A stretch of 63,041 nucleotides of DNA, filler included, from Octopus bimaculoides (GCF_001194135.2; 7 parts of 7 records of this genome joined end to end with filler, not necessarily neighbours in it), one strand, 5' to 3'; positions 11,853 through 24,189 are shown, numbered from the whole stretch's first letter. Program-made: numbers and translations. Notes: generated by a model not told the origin, from the sequence alone.

Positions 11853-12367
11853 GCGTTTATAAATATATATATATAAACATACACACACTCACATATACAT
11901 GTGTGTGTGTGTGTGGTTGTATGTATGTGTGTGTGTGTGAGCACGTCTTTGTGTACGTGTGTGTATGTACAATGAAAAAGGCGTTACAGATAAAAACTCC
12001 TCGTGACAACTGAGATGTGTGAATTCACGTTGCTCTATTAATGCATCTGTATTCTTCTTCTTTATATCGAGTGCCCTATATTTTGAAATGTATATTATGT
12101 TATTTCAAGCAATACATCTGTATGTATGTATGTATATTTGTAACTAATTGCATAGATAAAAGCATACATAAATATATAGGTAATAAGTATATGCATCGGT
12201 GCATTTATGCGCATAAAAATACGAATATTCCCAGACACAGTTCCCCATATACCCTAAACCGCTTCCGCAGTTATATACATCTATCTTCCTTCCCCCTCCC
12301 AAAAAGAAAAGCTCTACATTGTATTTGTCCCATCTTCGTTGAGCCCTGTGTGGCTAATAAAAGAAAT

Positions 12368-12368
12368 G

Positions 12369-12425
<57 letters not shown>

Positions 12426-12514
12426 GTCTGTCTATATACATGTCTGTCTATATACATGTCTGTCTATCTAAATATGATATATAGATATATATACATATAC
12501 ATATACATATATAT
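12368..12514. repeat. (TATC)n / (TA)n microsatellite
   Basis: Direct reading. Confidence 0.95.
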
Positions 12515-12772
12515 NNNNNNNNNNNNNNNNNNNNNNNNNNNNNNNNNNNNNNNNNNNNNNNNNNNNNNNNNNNNNNNNNNNNNNNNNNNNNNNNNNNNNN
12601 NNNNNNNNNNNNNNNNNNNNNNNNNNNNNNNNNNNNNNNNNNNNNNNNNNNNNNNNNNNNNNNNNNNNNNNNNNNNNNNNTATATATATACACACACACA
12701 TACATTCATGCATTACATACATACACACTCACATACCTGTATGAGCATAAAGACTTGTATAGAGACACAGGT

Positions 12773-12828
<56 letters not shown>

Positions 12829-13104
12829 ACCTACACACACGTAAATGTAAGTTAATTGAAAGCCACATATTTAAAATATCCAACGACGTCTGCTTCGCTT
12901 TGTTACCGTCTTTACGAGGTCATTAAATGGAATCCTGCAACATAGAATCGACGGTGAAACATCATTTATCGTCAATTTGTGTTCACCTTAGTTTTCCCTT
13001 CACTTCCGGTGTCACAAAATTACTCTTGCAGCCATTTTGAATTTATTTTTTTTAAGTTTTACATTTCTTTCTTTTTACAACCTCATGATTCTACTGTTCA
13101 TAAA

Positions 13105-13168
13105 ACCACCAGCACCACTAGCACCACGACCACGACCACCACGACCACCACGACAACTACTACTACTG

Positions 13169-13220
<52 letters not shown>
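13105..13220. repeat. (ACC/ACG/ACT)n trinucleotide array
   Basis: Direct reading; runs into a gap. Confidence 0.95.
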
Positions 13221-13320
13221 NNNNNNNNNNNNNNNNNNNNNNNNNNNNNNNNNNNNNNNNNNNNTTAATTAATTAANNNNNNNNNNNNNNNNNNNNNNNN
13301 NNNNNNNNNNNNNNNNNNNN

Positions 13321-13640
13321 TCCTTTCCCTCATCACTGAGTGCTTGATATTGTCCCCTTCAATTACCCCTAGGTATTTGTAGCTCTCCGCTGGTTCTAAC
13401 TCTTTTATGACATTTTGCTGGTCAAGGTTCACATTAGATGTATTTGTCATTTTTCCTTTGATAAAGGTAGCTTTTGCACATTTATCAAGGCCAAATTGCA
13501 TCCTGATGTCATCACTGAATTGTTTAACAATCGCTAGTAGGCCTTTGAGTTGTTGGTCATTTTTTGCAAAGAGCTTTAAATCATCCATGTAAATGAGATG
13601 ATTTATATTTTTATCAAATATTTTATAGTACCGGTTGTTC
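13321..13640 (-). mobile_element. RLE-type LINE (R4/Dong-like) reverse transcriptase fragment
   Basis: INHLIYMDDLKLFAKN...FSDDIRMQFGLDKCAK...SYKYLGVIEGDNIKHSVMRE, an uninterrupted RT palm/thumb segment. Confidence 0.88.
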
Positions 13641-14861
13641 ATGGTAGCAACATCAACGACGATGACGTTGATGATGTTGATGACGATGATGATGATGGCG
13701 GTGGTGGTGATGATGATGATGAGGTATGCAATAACTGTGATTACGATTATGATTTGCAGAGAATGATTGTGGGAAGGAAAATGGAAAATAGACGCAAGAG
13801 GAAAAGTGTTAACAAGGGAATTAGGAATGGAAACACGAGCACGGTGGCGGGGAGAGGTAAAAAAAAATTGAAACTAGGAATAGACGGAGAGGCAGGAGGA
13901 AAATTAGAGCAGTCACGATGACAGTAACCAATTTAATTTTAGCTTTCAATAATTTTATTCCAATCTCGGTACAATTCCACCTATCATCATTGTGAAAAAA
14001 TACCCCACCAAAAAAAAAACAAGAAAAAACAAACAAATAAAACAAAAAATTGATGTTTCGACAGGAATTTACTAATGGTTCCTCAAATTAATATTTTTTA
14101 TTTGTATATTATTGTATATTTATTTTATTTGTATTTATCATTTTTGTTGTTATTTTCCTAGTTATTTATTCATTTATTGTAAATTTTAAGAACGAGCCAA
14201 AATAATTCAAGTTTACTAACAGAACAAAACGAAATATGGACGTTGAAAACAAAATAAATAACGATAAAAAATAATAATAATAACAAAATGTAATAAAATA
14301 TGATTCTTGGGTAAATGCGAATGCCATCTTGTTGTTGTTGTTCTTCTTCTTCCTCCGCCTTCATCACCACCACGACCACCACTACGACCATGACCATCGC
14401 CATCATCATCACACCACCACCACCACCACCACCATCATTATAATCATCATCATCATCATTACATAGTCAACAGACAGCTGACACGCTATTAATTCAGGAA
14501 ATACATTAACTACCTATTATGGACGACGGGAAAGTTGTATTTTTTATTTATTTATTTTATTTATTTATTTTATTTATTTTATTTTTTTCAAATAATGATT
14601 CTTGGATTTTGGTAAATGCCAGATTCTCAATTTTCCTCTCTTTTTATAGTTTTGGATAGAGTGATGCACAAGAAAGTGCAGCGTCACAATATTATATCCC
14701 CGCTAATGTAATCGAAAGGAAACACTTTTAGATCATATTAATGCATCTTAAAGGGAGGCCACCATTACAATATTGTGGCAAAAATGGAAGCCTCTATGGC
14801 TTACATGGTCATTCTACCTGTTAGAAATGTCAGTCAAATAGCCCCATAAATTCTTTCCTAA

Positions 14862-15081
14862 TTTTTGGTTGAAGACCAGCAATTTTGAGGGGATGGGGAA
14901 TCGATATATATATATATAAACGACTCTAGTACTTCTTGACTGGTACTTAATTTATCGACCTCAAAAGCGATGAAAGGCAAAGCTGACCTTGGCAGCATTT
15001 GTATTCAGAATGTAAAAGCAGCAAGGAGAAATGAGAGTGGGGGGTTAAACATTTTAACGATTCCACCAAGATCGCCGCCTT
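14862..15081 (-). mobile_element. SINE family B, diverged
   Basis: AAGGCGGCGATCTTGG head and GGTCAGCTTTGCCTTTCATCGCTTTTGAGGTCGATAAATTAAGTACCAG core on the minus strand. Confidence 0.8.
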
Positions 15082-15321
15082 AAATCGCACTTTAAATTAT
15101 CCTGCGGTTAAGCAGCATCAGCATCATCATTGTTATAATCTTCGTCGTCGTCATTAGCAGCAGCAGCAGCAGTAGCAGCAGCATTTTCATCATGCACCCT
15201 TCGGACAAATCAGTCGTAGTTGCCTGTAACAAAAAATATATAAAGACGGTGAGACAGTCAAGACTGGACTGCCTTTGACTATAAGTATGTTGGACGAGGT
15301 CTGTCTTGGAACTAAATAATA

Positions 15322-15359
15322 TGTTCTGATGAGTCAACGAAAGAGCGAGCGTCTCAGTG
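15322..15359 (+). ncRNA. Possible minimal type I hammerhead ribozyme motif
   Basis: CTGATGA-G(TCAA)C-GAAA-helix III AGA/TCT-C17; stem I is mostly G-U wobble. Confidence 0.3.
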
Positions 15360-15364
15360 GGGGT

Positions 15365-15745
15365 TCGACCTGCTAGAAATATCAACCAAATCTCCTGCAA
15401 ATCTCTGTTATACCGTTTTAAAGCGAGAAAAGGTACATTAGATAGCGTTAGACCGACTTCACCCCCCAAAATGCAGCAGGATGGTCGCAGCGGGTGTAGT
15501 TTTCATCACAAGTCAGATCGACGAGGTTTTATCTGAGATTAAATAATAGCAAAAACTTGGTTGTAGTAGAACACAGGTTCCTCTAATCAGTTCCTTATCC
15601 AGCTAGATAAAAAAAACAATAGCTAATTTTCCCTCAGGTCACGTCTCAAAAAAATGAATGGGACCCATTAGGTAATCTAATTCTTGATGTACATACAGAT
15701 GGAATGTCCAAGGCTGGAAACCTTTAATCATAATGACAAAACAGA
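15365..15745 (+). repeat. Repeat family E, two degenerate copies
   Basis: CGACCTGCTAGAAATATCAACCAAATCTCC (15369) and CTAGATAAAAAAAACAATAGCTAATTTTCCCTCA...GGCTGGAAACCTTTAATCATA. Confidence 0.5.
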
Positions 15746-16189
15746 TCTTTACTGTGAGGTTAATTCAATGAATTTGTTTACTATAACATAACGTTTAGAT
15801 AAAACAACAGTAATACCGAGTTAACTAATCAAAAATGGATATTATATATAATTTTTTTTTTTTTTTGTCAATCAACAAAATTTTGTACCACAGATTTTGG
15901 CCGCTCTGTTCGGTAGCCAAATTTTTAGCCTCGTTATATGAACATAACATGTTTTTGACAATAGTAAACACACGTACGTAAAATGGCTGCCTTGGATAAA
16001 CTACTCACGCCGCACATCCAACTGTACCCTACTAGAGCATCTGATACTTTATCAAAGTGAACGGCAATAGTAATATGTTATAATAGATGGATCAGCAAAA
16101 TATTCTGAATAAGCTTGGTTCATTAAGACCGACACATTTAACAGAGCCGCAGCGGCGCTTCTGCAAGATATTGCGCGACAATAATATCT

Positions 16190-16370
16190 ATTTTACACCG
16201 TTGTGTGACAGGAGTTGGGGCTATACTAAAGATTTGCCAGTCCAGTCCTTGATGTTGTTTGTCCATCTTTTCATTTGTCAGCCTCTCCTTTCCATCCTTC
16301 ACAATCCTTTGCCTGAGCAAGATCACTTAATTTTGTTACATGGCCTTTGTTATTTCTTTCCATTACTGTA
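16190..16370 (-). mobile_element. RTE-clade LINE 3' coding remnant
   Basis: GHVTKLSDLA and RRG*QMKRWTNNIKDWTGKSL resemble the RTE C-terminal GHV..R...RRRGR..KRW.DNIKEWTG motif. Confidence 0.65.
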
Positions 16371-16585
16371 GATAGGTAGGTAGATTGGTAGGTAGGCTAG
16401 TAGGTTGGTAAATTAGCAGGTAGGCGGGTACGTTGATAGATAGATAAATACGTAGGTAGGTGGGTAGATAGATGGTATGGAGAAGGATCAGTAATAAAAT
16501 GAGAAAGCTATAGATAAAACAAGTTATGATGGATATGTAGGTATATATAAGAGAAATTACAAAATCGTAAATCAAGCGAGATATG

Positions 16586-16630
<45 letters not shown>

Positions 16631-17100
16631 CTTATAGAAAGAGTGGTGACTGTAACTTCGAAGTTTTGGCCTTCTATCGACTGTCCGATGAAGACTAGCA
16701 GGCCGAAGCTTCGAATCCACTGATCAGCCTTGTAAAAATATAATAAGCATATATTCTACAAAAGTGTGTATAAATGTATTATATCTATGTATGTATGCAT
16801 GTATGTAGGTAGGTAGGTATGAAAGCATATATGCATACATGCTCTATGTATGTGTGTATGTATGCATGCATACATGTATGTATACGTATATGTATGCATG
16901 TATGTATGTATGAATGTGTGTGTGTGTATATCTGTTTGCATGCCTGCATACAGGTATGTTAATATGTATGTATGCATGCATATGCTCGTGTGTGTGTGTG
17001 CGTGTGTGTGTGCGTGTGTGTGTGCGTGTCTTGTGCGTGTGTGCGCGCGTATGTGTCTGCATGCATATGCTTGTGTGTGTGTGTGTGTGTGTGTGTGTGA
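16370..17100. repeat. Compound microsatellite (TAGG/TAGA, TG, TATG)
   Basis: Direct reading. Confidence 0.9.
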
Positions 17101-17967
17101 AGGTTCTAACGTAATTTTTACATCTAAAGCAAGTTTTCACTTTGGGAGTTTGTTAGAGTTAATTTGGCTCAGGATAAATGGAGCAGGTGAATTCTGGTTT
17201 CGGTTTTGACACTTCTGTATTTTTTAAGCTAAGATTTAACACTTGCTTCTTGTTAGATATACATTCTAATGATGCTTTTTTATTTTCCTTCTTGCCGTCA
17301 TTCATTTTGGTTCGCTCCACCAAAGTAGTTTCAATGTCTACTTTTGTTTTACCGTTCATTCATAGTAAGGCTGATAATGATGATGATGATGATGATCCCA
17401 ATGTTGATGCAGCTGCTGTTGTTGCTATTACTGCTGGTGCGAATTTTAATAATAATTCCAGAATTTAACTGGTACTGTATTTTATCAATCCCAGAGGAGT
17501 GAAGTTGACGCATGTGAAAGCTAAACTCTCACAGCTGACACACAGACTGAAGAAACCAGACGTTTGAACACAAGAACGTAAGAAGGCTGCAACCCATTTT
17601 GAAGACAGGGCACAACATGTTCAGAGTTTTTGTCGACCACCAAGTTACCGAAAATGTTAGCGGACAAGAGCCACTCCTTGCTACAAGGAAATGCTAAAAA
17701 GCTCCCCCTGGTACGGATATTTATCAAGCCACAACTCCCTGTCTAAAACCATTTTTCAGGTCACAGCTGAAAGAGGGGAAGAAAAGGTAGAAAAAGAAAG
17801 TCCCGATTAGGCATATAGTATCAAAAAGGTGTAATACTGAGTCCTTCTCGGCATGGCAAAGAATAGGAACTTGTGTCGATTTCTGACTGCCGAAGTGCAT
17901 GGAGTGGCACCTGAAGGATTAGTTGAGACATTCACGGCAAGTTCATTGTAATTTATATATATATATA

Positions 17968-18692
17968 TTCTTTAATTCTTTAATTCTTTAATTCTTTTAT
18001 TTGTTTCAGTCATTTGACTGTGGCCGTGCTGGAGCACCGCTTTTAGTCGAAGAAATCGCCCCTCGGACTTATTCTTTGTAAGCCTAGTACTTATTGTATC
18101 GGTCTTTTTTGCTGAACAGCTAAGTTACGGGGACGTAAACACACCAACATCATTGTCAAGCGATAGTGGTGGGGGAACAAATATCACACACACATACACA
18201 CACACGCACATGGTATTTATATAAGCTTAATGCTTATAGCGATCACCGTGCAATGACTAAGGAAAATAGTCGAATAACGGGGCATATAAGCCCTTGACAT
18301 AAAAAAGTAAGCTTTCCCATCCGCGTGGGACTCGAAGTGGGTTCGTGTCCCACGCAGATGGAAAAAGCTACTTTTTTTCTGTCGAGGGCTTATATGCCCC
18401 ATTATTCAACTATTTTCCTTAATCATTGCATGGTGATCGCTTTAAACTTATATAAATACTATTATCATTATTTACGGGATTGTAAAACTCGGCACCGTAT
18501 AACAAAACCATTCACACTGAAATATACATACGACAGCCTTCTTTCAGTTTCTGTCCACCAAATCCACTCACAAGGCATTGGTCGGCCTGTGGCTATAGTA
18601 GAAGATACTAGCCCAAGGTGCCACACAGTGGGACTGAACCTGGAACCATGTGGTCGGTATGCTACTTACCACATGGCCACTCCTTCGCCTAT
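17968..18692 (-). mobile_element. SINE family A carrying an internal fold-back insertion
   Basis: 3' half at 17968-18210 and 5' half at 18525-18692, separated by an inserted palindrome. Confidence 0.88.
18213..18459. mobile_element. Fold-back (palindromic) MITE-like insertion, ~247 bp
   Basis: Arms 18213-18331 and 18347-18459 are near-perfect reverse complements, e.g. GCGATCACCGTGCAATGACTAAGGAAAATAGT / ACTATTTTCCTTAATCATTGCATGGTGATCGC. Confidence 0.75.
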
Positions 18693-19214
18693 ATATATAT
18701 ATATATATATCATCATAAATATATAGGGATTGACAGTAACCTGCTTCTCCAACATACTGAGAATTCAGAAATAGCAGTCAAAGAACTACTGATTTCAAAA
18801 CTACAAATAATTACTCTAGATTGATAGCGATATTTTTGATACACACAGAACAAAAAACAGTAAGAGAAGAGTAAAAAAAACACTTGCCTTTAGTTAATTT
18901 AGTACGATCGTTTCACAGTTAAGAGTAAAGAATACTCTATTCTGATCATCAGCTAAATATTCCAATAAATTTGTTAATGTCTAAATAACTCACGTTAATT
19001 TTGACCATGCGACATCAATACCACGTGAGGAAGACGTTAAGAAATTTATCGGCCAGTGAGTTCAAAATCTCTCGCCCTAATGAATTCAATTCAGTGTGCA
19101 TCATAAATAGTCCCGCATAGAAAAGAGACCCGTACGAACTTCTTGCGGTTTAACTATCCACCTTAGAGATATTATTAAAATATATATCTATATATATATC
19201 TATATATATATATA

Positions 19215-19585
19215 TTTTATTTGTTTCAGTCATTAAGCTGCGACGTTGCTGGAGCATCGCCGTGAAGACTTTTTAGTTGAATGAATCGACTCCGTCCTTG
19301 TATTTATTCTACCGTACACTTTTACTGAGCCGCTAAGTTACGGGGACGTAAACACACCAACACCAGTTGTCAAGCAGTGGTTACACACACACATGCACAC
19401 ACACATACATATATATTCACATATATACGACGTACTTTTTAATTTTCCGTCTACCAAATCCATTCACAAAGCTTTGGTCCGACCGAAGCTAAAGTGTCTT
19501 GCCCAAGGTGCCATGCAGTGGGTCTGAACATGGAACTATGTTGTTGTGAAGCGAGCTTCTTACCACACAGCAGCGCTTGCGCTTG
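19215..19585 (-). mobile_element. SINE family A, diverged full length
   Basis: Tail, GAGCCGCTAAGTTACGGGGACGTAAACACACC body and head are all recognisable. Confidence 0.85.
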
Positions 19586-19628
19586 TACATACATACATAC
19601 ATACATACATACATACATACATACATAC

Positions 19629-19748
19629 ATACGAGCGTAGTTCGAAACGTCAAAGACTTTCCGTATTCCCGAGCGTCATACTAATACATCCTTTTGTTAT
19701 TTACACCACCTGTCCTCGTCTGTTGTTGTTTTTTCGTACATTCTCCCA
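19629..19748 (+). repeat. Penelope-like pLTR fragment with a 5'-truncated hammerhead core
   Basis: ACGA-GCGTAGTTC-GAAACGTC-AAAGAC is the 3' two thirds of a PLE-type hammerhead; flanked by (CATA)n. Confidence 0.4.
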
Positions 19749-19769
19749 CATACATACATACATACATAC

Positions 19770-19773
<4 letters not shown>

Positions 19774-19852
<79 letters not shown>
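19774..19852. repeat. (AG)n microsatellite
   Basis: Direct reading. Confidence 0.97.
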
Positions 19853-19855
<3 letters not shown>

Positions 19856-20467
19856 AGATACACACACACGCACACATATGAACATACAGGAAATTAAGTC
19901 TAGGTAACAAATAAAACGCACAAGGCAAGATGCAAACATGAGTAAAGATTCAATTTTTCAGTTACTAGTTGTTGATTGAATGAGGATCGAAGCAATTTCA
20001 GTATATTATCAACAGAACTGCTCACTTTATAGCACCGGCAGCTTTATAACAAATGTTATATACAAATTTTGCATTATTTATTTATTAACGACAGAAGCAG
20101 TATGAATACCGAGAGGTAGTACTTATTCCTACTTAAACATAGATGTTCTATTAGAACAAACTTTACTGCTGTAGATATAGGATTTTGGGTCAAAATGCTT
20201 CTTTATGTCGCTAACGATATGAATGTTTAAATCCACACCACCAACTCCAGCGCCGAGACTACCAGATCGTGTGATTTCCACCTTCCTTGGTCTCATCGGT
20301 GATGGACGCTCGACCGCTAGAGACAGCAGCGACTTACCTTCCCGTCAGCGATATATAGAAAACCATTACCAGAACAGGCATTGGTGTCGCGATTAACAAG
20401 TGAGCTTGTTAGAAATACATATATTAGCGACAGAGGCAGTATTAATACCGAAAGAACGAGGAGCCTC

Positions 20468-20620
20468 CTATTTGAGTACTCGACTTGCTTGAAAAAGCAA
20501 CCAAATCTTCACTATAACGTCTTAGAAGAAGGAAAGGATATAATAGACAATGTAGACATAAGTGTATAAAACATGGATGGTCACGGCCGGAATACCTTTA
20601 ACCATAGGCTTTCTAGATAA
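20468..20620 (+). repeat. Repeat family E copy
   Basis: ACTCGACTTGCTTGAAAAAGCAACCAAATC...GGATGGTCACGGCCGGAATACCTTTAACCATAGG. Confidence 0.6.
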
Positions 20621-21327
20621 GATGCTAAGCAATAATAATTTTTTTTTCATGGGGCCAAACCCAATCTAAGTAAGTACAACCGAAGGAATCGGCAAGGGAT
20701 TTACATTACTGGTGCCCTATTTGACGGTTCACTCTGCTCCAAAGATGTCCAACAAAATCAGTCAGTGCTTTATAAATTCAAGTTCAAAGTTCGAATTATT
20801 GGCCAACGATGATTTAAGAAAAGGCTTGCAAAAATTGAGGGAATTTTTCTCCACAGTTTTTTTGCGGTTTCTATATTGAATATAAATTCGCACACCTTAT
20901 TTGCCATCTAGTACCTACTGTTTACTGTTACATATATACAGAAGAAAAAGTTTTACTCCATATCACCTAAAAAGGCGAAAATAAGCCGAAACACCATGTT
21001 TGATAGTCCGTTGACGTAACTTCAAGTGTTTACACTAATAATGTCTATAAAGAGAAATTTTTCTCTGAGACGAAGCATTCGGAACTTAGAATTCAAGAGA
21101 AATATGGGTGTGTTCGCTTCGCAACCAAGCAGTTTCGGTTTCAATCACAAATGCACAACACCACGGAGATCAAGTCTCTGCTGCTACAGAATCGAGTCGA
21201 TTAAAACATTCAGATCGAAACTTGACATGTCAAAACTGTGAGGAAGCCCATCGGATATATGTGAGAGTACATACATAGATTCATGCTTACATACACAGAC
21301 ACACAGACACACACACACATACACACT

Positions 21328-21359
<32 letters not shown>

Positions 21360-21484
21360 NNNNNNNNNNNNNNNNNNNNNNNNNNNNNNNNNNNNNNNNN
21401 NNNNNNNNNNNNNNNNNNNNNNNNNNNNNNNNNNNNNNNNNNNNNNNNNNNNNNNNNNNNNNNNNNNNNNNNNNNNNNNNNNNN

Positions 21485-21520
<36 letters not shown>

Positions 21521-21568
21521 TGAGTGGACAAACGAAAGAAAAGGGCACTCAACTTCTTGGACCTCTCC

Positions 21569-21645
21569 ATTCTGCATTCCAGAAGCCTGAAGAAGTAGGA
21601 CTCCCGTTAGGGCTCTGTGAAATTTGAAGTTGCACGGAACGGAAT
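21569..21645 (+). ncRNA. Decayed PLE-type hammerhead ribozyme
   Basis: CTGAAGA (21587-93), extra A, helix II GTAGG..CCC-GTTA-GGG..TCTGT, GAAA (21619-22), quasi-palindromic helix III ATTTGAAGT, three-part stem I (ATTCTG/CGGAAT, TTCC/GGAA, GC/GC). Confidence 0.5.
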
Positions 21646-21907
21646 CAAACATTTTAAAATATGCGTGTATGTATGTGTGTGTAAATTTCTCGGATGGCAA
21701 GATAGAAAAGGCACAAAGAGAGCACAACCGCCCGTTGCAGGTTGTTGGCAAACTTTGTTTAGACCACATTTTTTTAAGGTCTTCCTGATAAACAGGAGAG
21801 CGTAGACAAAGCTGCTCATTTACTTGAGGTGTCACTGGATTTTTCTATTACCATAGATTGAAAAATAAGCCAAGCTGCCTTCTTGCAGGTTTACAATTAT
21901 CAAGTCC

Positions 21908-22109
21908 GGTAAGTTCACCGTCATCAATTCACCGCAGAACAAGTCCACCGTCATCATTTTACCATTTATTTTTTCAATAAAATAGTTTGTAACTCTTAAT
22001 GATGTGATACTCTGGATATAGTTTATCGATAAACTTTCCTAGCGGTGAACTTTCCTCACAATGAACTTTCTTCACGGTGAATTGATGGCGGTGAACTTAC
22101 CTGTAATCT
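21908..22109. mobile_element. MITE with internally repetitive TIRs
   Basis: GGTAAGTTCACCGTCATCAATTCACCG ... CGGTGAATTGATGGCGGTGAACTTACC; second copy at 50290-50567. Confidence 0.7.
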
Positions 22110-22589
22110 ACAGTTACATACTTTCAGTTTGTTAAACCTGTATGTTCTTCTACTTACCATCATCTCAGGACATTTTTTTTTTCATAGTGTTTATTTGTAA
22201 GAATGTTACTTTACGCGAAATTATATCAAGGTGGTGCTTCAGTATGGCCGCAATCAAATGAAAATGACTGAAACATGTAAAAGAGTAAAAGAATAGTGAG
22301 TGAAATATGCACAGAATTGCCCCCACTTTTCTTCCTAGTTCCCAAATATTGGCTGGGACTCCCAGAAACTGGACAATCTACAAATTTTATATCAGAGTTC
22401 CTTCTCCAAGGAAGAGGTTTCTAATTATGGGCTCAATTACTCCTAAGTCTCTATGCAATTGCTACAAACTTTTTGATCACACATTGGTTTCATCCCTCCT
22501 TTTGGTAGGTTTCTAGCAACCCTTCTTACAAGTTAAAAATTATGTGTGGGGAACCCGGTTTAGTCGTCAATAATCTGGCCGTGTAACAT

Positions 22590-22808
22590 AAGGCAGCGAA
22601 CTCGCAGAACCATTAATACACCGGGCGAAATGCTTAACTGCATTTCGTCCGTCTTCACTTTCTGAGTTCAAATTCCACCGAGGTCGACTTTACCGTTCAT
22701 CCTTTCGGGGTCGATAAAGTAAGCACCAGTTGACCACTGGGGTTGTTGTAATCGACTTAACCACTTGCTCGGAATTGCTGGTCTTGTACCAAAATTTGAA
22801 TCTAATAA
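22590..22808 (+). mobile_element. SINE family B
   Basis: AAGGCAGCGAACTCGCAGAA head, GAGTTCAAATTCC B box, GAGGTCGACTTTACCGTTCATCCTTTCGGGGTCGATAAA core. Confidence 0.9.
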
Positions 22809-22913
22809 TTTGACCATGCAACAGGCTATACTAGACCACCTATTATCAGCAGTTCCTGTGAGCGGTCTGACATAACATACATAATACATACATATATACA
22901 TACATACATACAT

Positions 22914-23472
22914 AATGCCCGGATGCAGTACCAGGTAGTGGCTCTCATGGTTTCTGATCTTAATTGATCGGAAGTGTTATCATGTACATTGTTTTGGATT
23001 GGTATAAAAGATGGGCTACAGCAAATATTTTGCTCAATACCACAGATTTGCTTGTCAGTTGTTTGACCTTAACCAGTGAGCATGTCCTTTGGTGGCTGAC
23101 GATATGTGCATCTCTGATCATGAGCAGAAGTAGTGGGTGAGCATCATAGCCATGTGTTGAGAGGAATTCTTTGGGGTTTCAGTAATTCACCTTAGGGTGT
23201 TTCATTCAACATCCTTAAACAAACCTTATTCAGGGACCTTTTGAGCGGGATGGGCTACTCGATCTAAAGAAAATTCTAATAGTTCCCCACCTGCGAGGTT
23301 ATGTGCTGTTTATCTTTATATGAGATCACAATGCGATCACCATGTCACGCACATATGGTTGTGATGCATGTACCTGGTGTACCCTTATCAGACGGGTAGT
23401 CATGTTTGGTATACTGGGCTTCGTATACTTTACCCCAGTGTCACATTGATGGCATGCACTGCTCTCTCACTC
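22914..23472 (+). repeat. Unclassified ~560-bp interspersed element embedded in (CATA)n
   Basis: AATGCCCGGATGCAGTACCAGG...GCATGCACTGCTCTCTCACTCA; close homologues at 26731-27787 and 62491-62731. Confidence 0.85.
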
Positions 23473-23732
23473 ATACATACATGCATACATACATACATAC
23501 ATACATACATACATACATACATACATACATGCATACATACATACATACATACATACATACATACATACATACATACATTCGGAGTGAAGATATATCGAAT
23601 TCATTATACGAAGCATGGCATGCTTGCAAATCATACAAGCATGACATTGAAAAGTAGATATAACTTACAACAATAGCAACGTGGAAGACACGTATTATCC
23701 TTTCAAAAATACAGAAACACTGTTAACTTACG

Positions 23733-23861
23733 TTAAACATTTATTATTTGGTGTCAAAATGTACGACACACCAACTGAGAATCATTGTATTGGAATTTTA
23801 TCAGGGACCAGGTCGCAGTTGGAGTGACAAAATTTTTTTACACCAAATAATAAATGTTTAA
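23733..23861. repeat. 22-bp perfect inverted repeat, possible mini-MITE
   Basis: TTAAACATTTATTATTTGGTGT (23733-54) and its exact reverse complement (23840-61). Confidence 0.6.
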
Positions 23862-24189
23862 TAGAAATTAAATCTGCGTGGTTTTTTGAAAAGCGAATAC
23901 TTATCATCTGCACTCGTGGCTCATAGACATTTTTTCTGTAGCGCCCCATTTTTAAGTAATTGTTATTCTAATGCCTACCTATGTGGAGAGTGAGGTATCA
24001 CGACTAAACTAGCTTAACATGGATGATAATTTATAAATCTCACTCTAAAAATGTATTGTATAACCAAAAACTAATGAAGGCAAAAGTTGTAAATTTACTT
24101 TACACATTGTAAGCAAATGACTTTGTGCCAGACGAGAGCTAATATATTTTAATAACCATTACTAGTTTTATAATGTATTTACTACTATA

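Noticed and set aside
21545-21572. LNFLDLSI, resembling a Penelope RT thumb motif
   Set aside because: Only 8 residues followed by a stop, and it overlaps the hammerhead stem; likely coincidental.
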